From Octopus sinensis (lineage: Eukaryota): a DNA stretch of 64,000 nt. The notes below the pieces were generated by a model. It was not told the origin of the DNA. It ran no database searches and saw only the letters and a program-made list of their open reading frames with translations. A program made the translations under genes and the position numbers. Location of the stretch: NCBI RefSeq assembly GCF_006345805.1, contig NC_042999.1, positions 113,460,001-113,524,000 on the forward strand, in the 5' to 3' direction. The first letter of the stretch is position 1. Each line of letters begins with the position of its first letter. This document shows positions 61,901 through 64,000 of this stretch, piece after piece.

Positions 61901-64000
61901 ATTAATAATGAAGGTTGGCAGAAATTGTATTGTGCCTAACAAACAATGCTTTACCTTATTTAATTATATCCTTTTTTATGTGGTGATTGTGAATCCCTTT
62001 GCAGTTGACTTTACATTCTCACAATTTTGCTGAAATAAGTGTCAGTTAAGTATTGAAACCAATTAAATGGACTATTCATTGAATGCAACTTTGTGGCAGT
62101 GGGCCAAAGTAAAAATCATTATTATTTTAGCTATTTTCTATTTTTGATTCTGCTTATACTTAAAAAAAAAAAAAGAGAAAAGAAAAAGCCATCTTTCCAT
62201 AACTGTTTTCCTTCTCAGTATACATGCACAATTTTCTTTTCTTCAAATTCCCCCAGAGTGGAAAAATAGAATTTGCATTTTCTATTTTTTAATCTCTTAT
62301 TTTATTTTTGTTGTCTGTTACAATTACCTGAAGAATATTGATATTTCATATTGCCAACTATTTTGTGTATCAAGAAATGTAACCAAAATCTCTGGGATAG
62401 GAGAAAGTTCAGAAAGATAATTTTCTCTAATTGTCCATGATTGAACCATTTCAATATTTCCAATTATATATATTACCATTTCGACTGGCATAAATCCAGT
62501 TAGATCATTCTTTGCTGACATTCAAAGCAACTCTGGTCATAGGACTGTTTCAAATGAGGTAAAAGTATGTTTCTCATCAGTTTATATATATTTATTTTTA
62601 TTACAGTTGAATTTTTTCTTTGTATCAATTAATTTGATGTAAAATCATTGTTGTGTCAGTTTTAAATTCAATTATTCCTAACTTAATACATTTAGAAAAT
62701 AATTATGGAGTAAAGGTAAAAATGTTTTTTAAAAGCACATACATGGTGATGAGACAAAAACAATAATTTTTTTTTTACTTCACATAAAAAATATCTCTTT
62801 TCAGATGTGTTTTATTAACTTCTGATTTCTGCCATTTTTTTTATCTCTCTCTCATGAGTGAGTGTGTGTGTGTGGATGGGTGTACATATATTAACTAACT
62901 AAAAGTTAATTAGAACTATGAAAAAAAAATCTATTTGAAACATATTTCTGTACAAGAGAGAAGCTCAAAGCTATGAATCTGAAAATGTCTATTAGTATGG
63001 ACATTGAAACATTTTACTAACCTTTTACTGTTTATTCATTGCCAAAAAAATTCCAGGTTCTTTTTCTTATAGAGCAGCATTGGTTCAAGTAAAGGAAGAG
63101 ATTGGCAAGAAATAAGCACTCATGACAAATTTTTTTATGATGATTAACAATAAATCAAAAATATCTGTGTACCATGTTTTGATATGATTGTGTTTGTGTG
63201 TGTGTATTGTTTTCTCTCTTCTCTTTTAATACTGAAAATATCAAATGATTTCAAACAAGTCAATAATGAATTTTCCTGAAAATATCACTTGAATTATCAT
63301 TACATTTTTATGTATACAGATTAAATTAATTTATTCTTTTCTTTACTACTTTCTCTGTTAAGAAACAACTATTAAGTTAATTAAAAGCATGTCAGAGGAT
63401 AGTGGGAGTCTGCATTGACAAGTTCATCTAATAGAATTTTTAAAGTTCCCAAGTGTCTTCTGCTATAGCCCTAGGCTGACCAGTACTTTTGAGTGAATTT
63501 GGTAGACATGTATACAAAGCTGTGTGTGTATCTGTACATGTATATCTCATCATTTAACGTCCTGTTCCATGATGTCATGTGTTGGATGTATGGCAAGACC
63601 CAGTGGGTCCAAGGACTGCATTATGCTTCAGTGTCTGCTTTGGTATGGTTTCTATGGCTGGATGCCCTTCCTAATGCTAAACACTTCACAATGTGTAGTG
63701 GGTGCTTTACTCATTCCACTGGCACTTGTGAAGTCACCATGCAGCTTGCAAGCCTGCAAAATCTGGGAGTAGAGCGGGGTTGATGGGATGGGGGGGATTA
63801 TTCTAGCAGATAAAAGATAAGGTGTAAGAGAAGGGGTGGAGCAAAGCAGGTTCCTGTTGAAGATGAGCTACATGACTACTCACATTTGGGAAAGTGAAAA
63901 ATTAATCAATTGGGACTACGAAGGGATAAATAGTGATAAGATGGCCAAGTGGCACCTTGAGGTATGAAGTATGCAGGGGACAGCTAGGAGTGTGTATGGG

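Noticed and set aside
62327-62385. CTGAAGA...TTGATA/TATCAA-GAAA hammerhead-like match
   Set aside because: Stem II is present, but there is no stem III or NUH in register with stem I; a chance partial match.

Overview
AT-rich, repeat-dense metazoan genomic DNA. It is most likely a coleoid cephalopod (Octopus-like); this is inferred from the SINE/LINE/MITE repertoire and microsatellites and was not verified by search. Two host genes sit head-to-head with ~2.06 kb between their ATGs. MRPS17 (minus strand) has a complete 2-exon CDS, 19225-19109 + 16809-16573, giving 117 aa. MED15 (plus strand) has four coding exons, 21285-21346, 26528-26615, 28182-28233 and 46376-46573, covering the KIX domain and the start of the Q-rich region; the gene continues beyond the window. 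The ORF track misses all of these exons except MRPS17 exon 2. The rest is mostly mobile DNA: an IR/DR-type Tc1, two mariners, a deleted piggyBac plus TTAA MITEs, RTE, CR1-group and Tx1/L1 LINE relics, several tRNA-SINE families and a self-nested foldback element. The most notable hand-read signals are: two type I hammerhead ribozyme motifs pointing away from the MED15 promoter (minus 19922-19862, upstream of MRPS17; plus 22783-22869, in MED15 intron 1); two perfect fold-back palindromes (118-bp and 48-bp arms); an ORF1-only Tx1-like element whose 3' tail is shared with a SINE; and a dense SINE array in MED15 intron 4. All calls were made by eye and no database searches were run.
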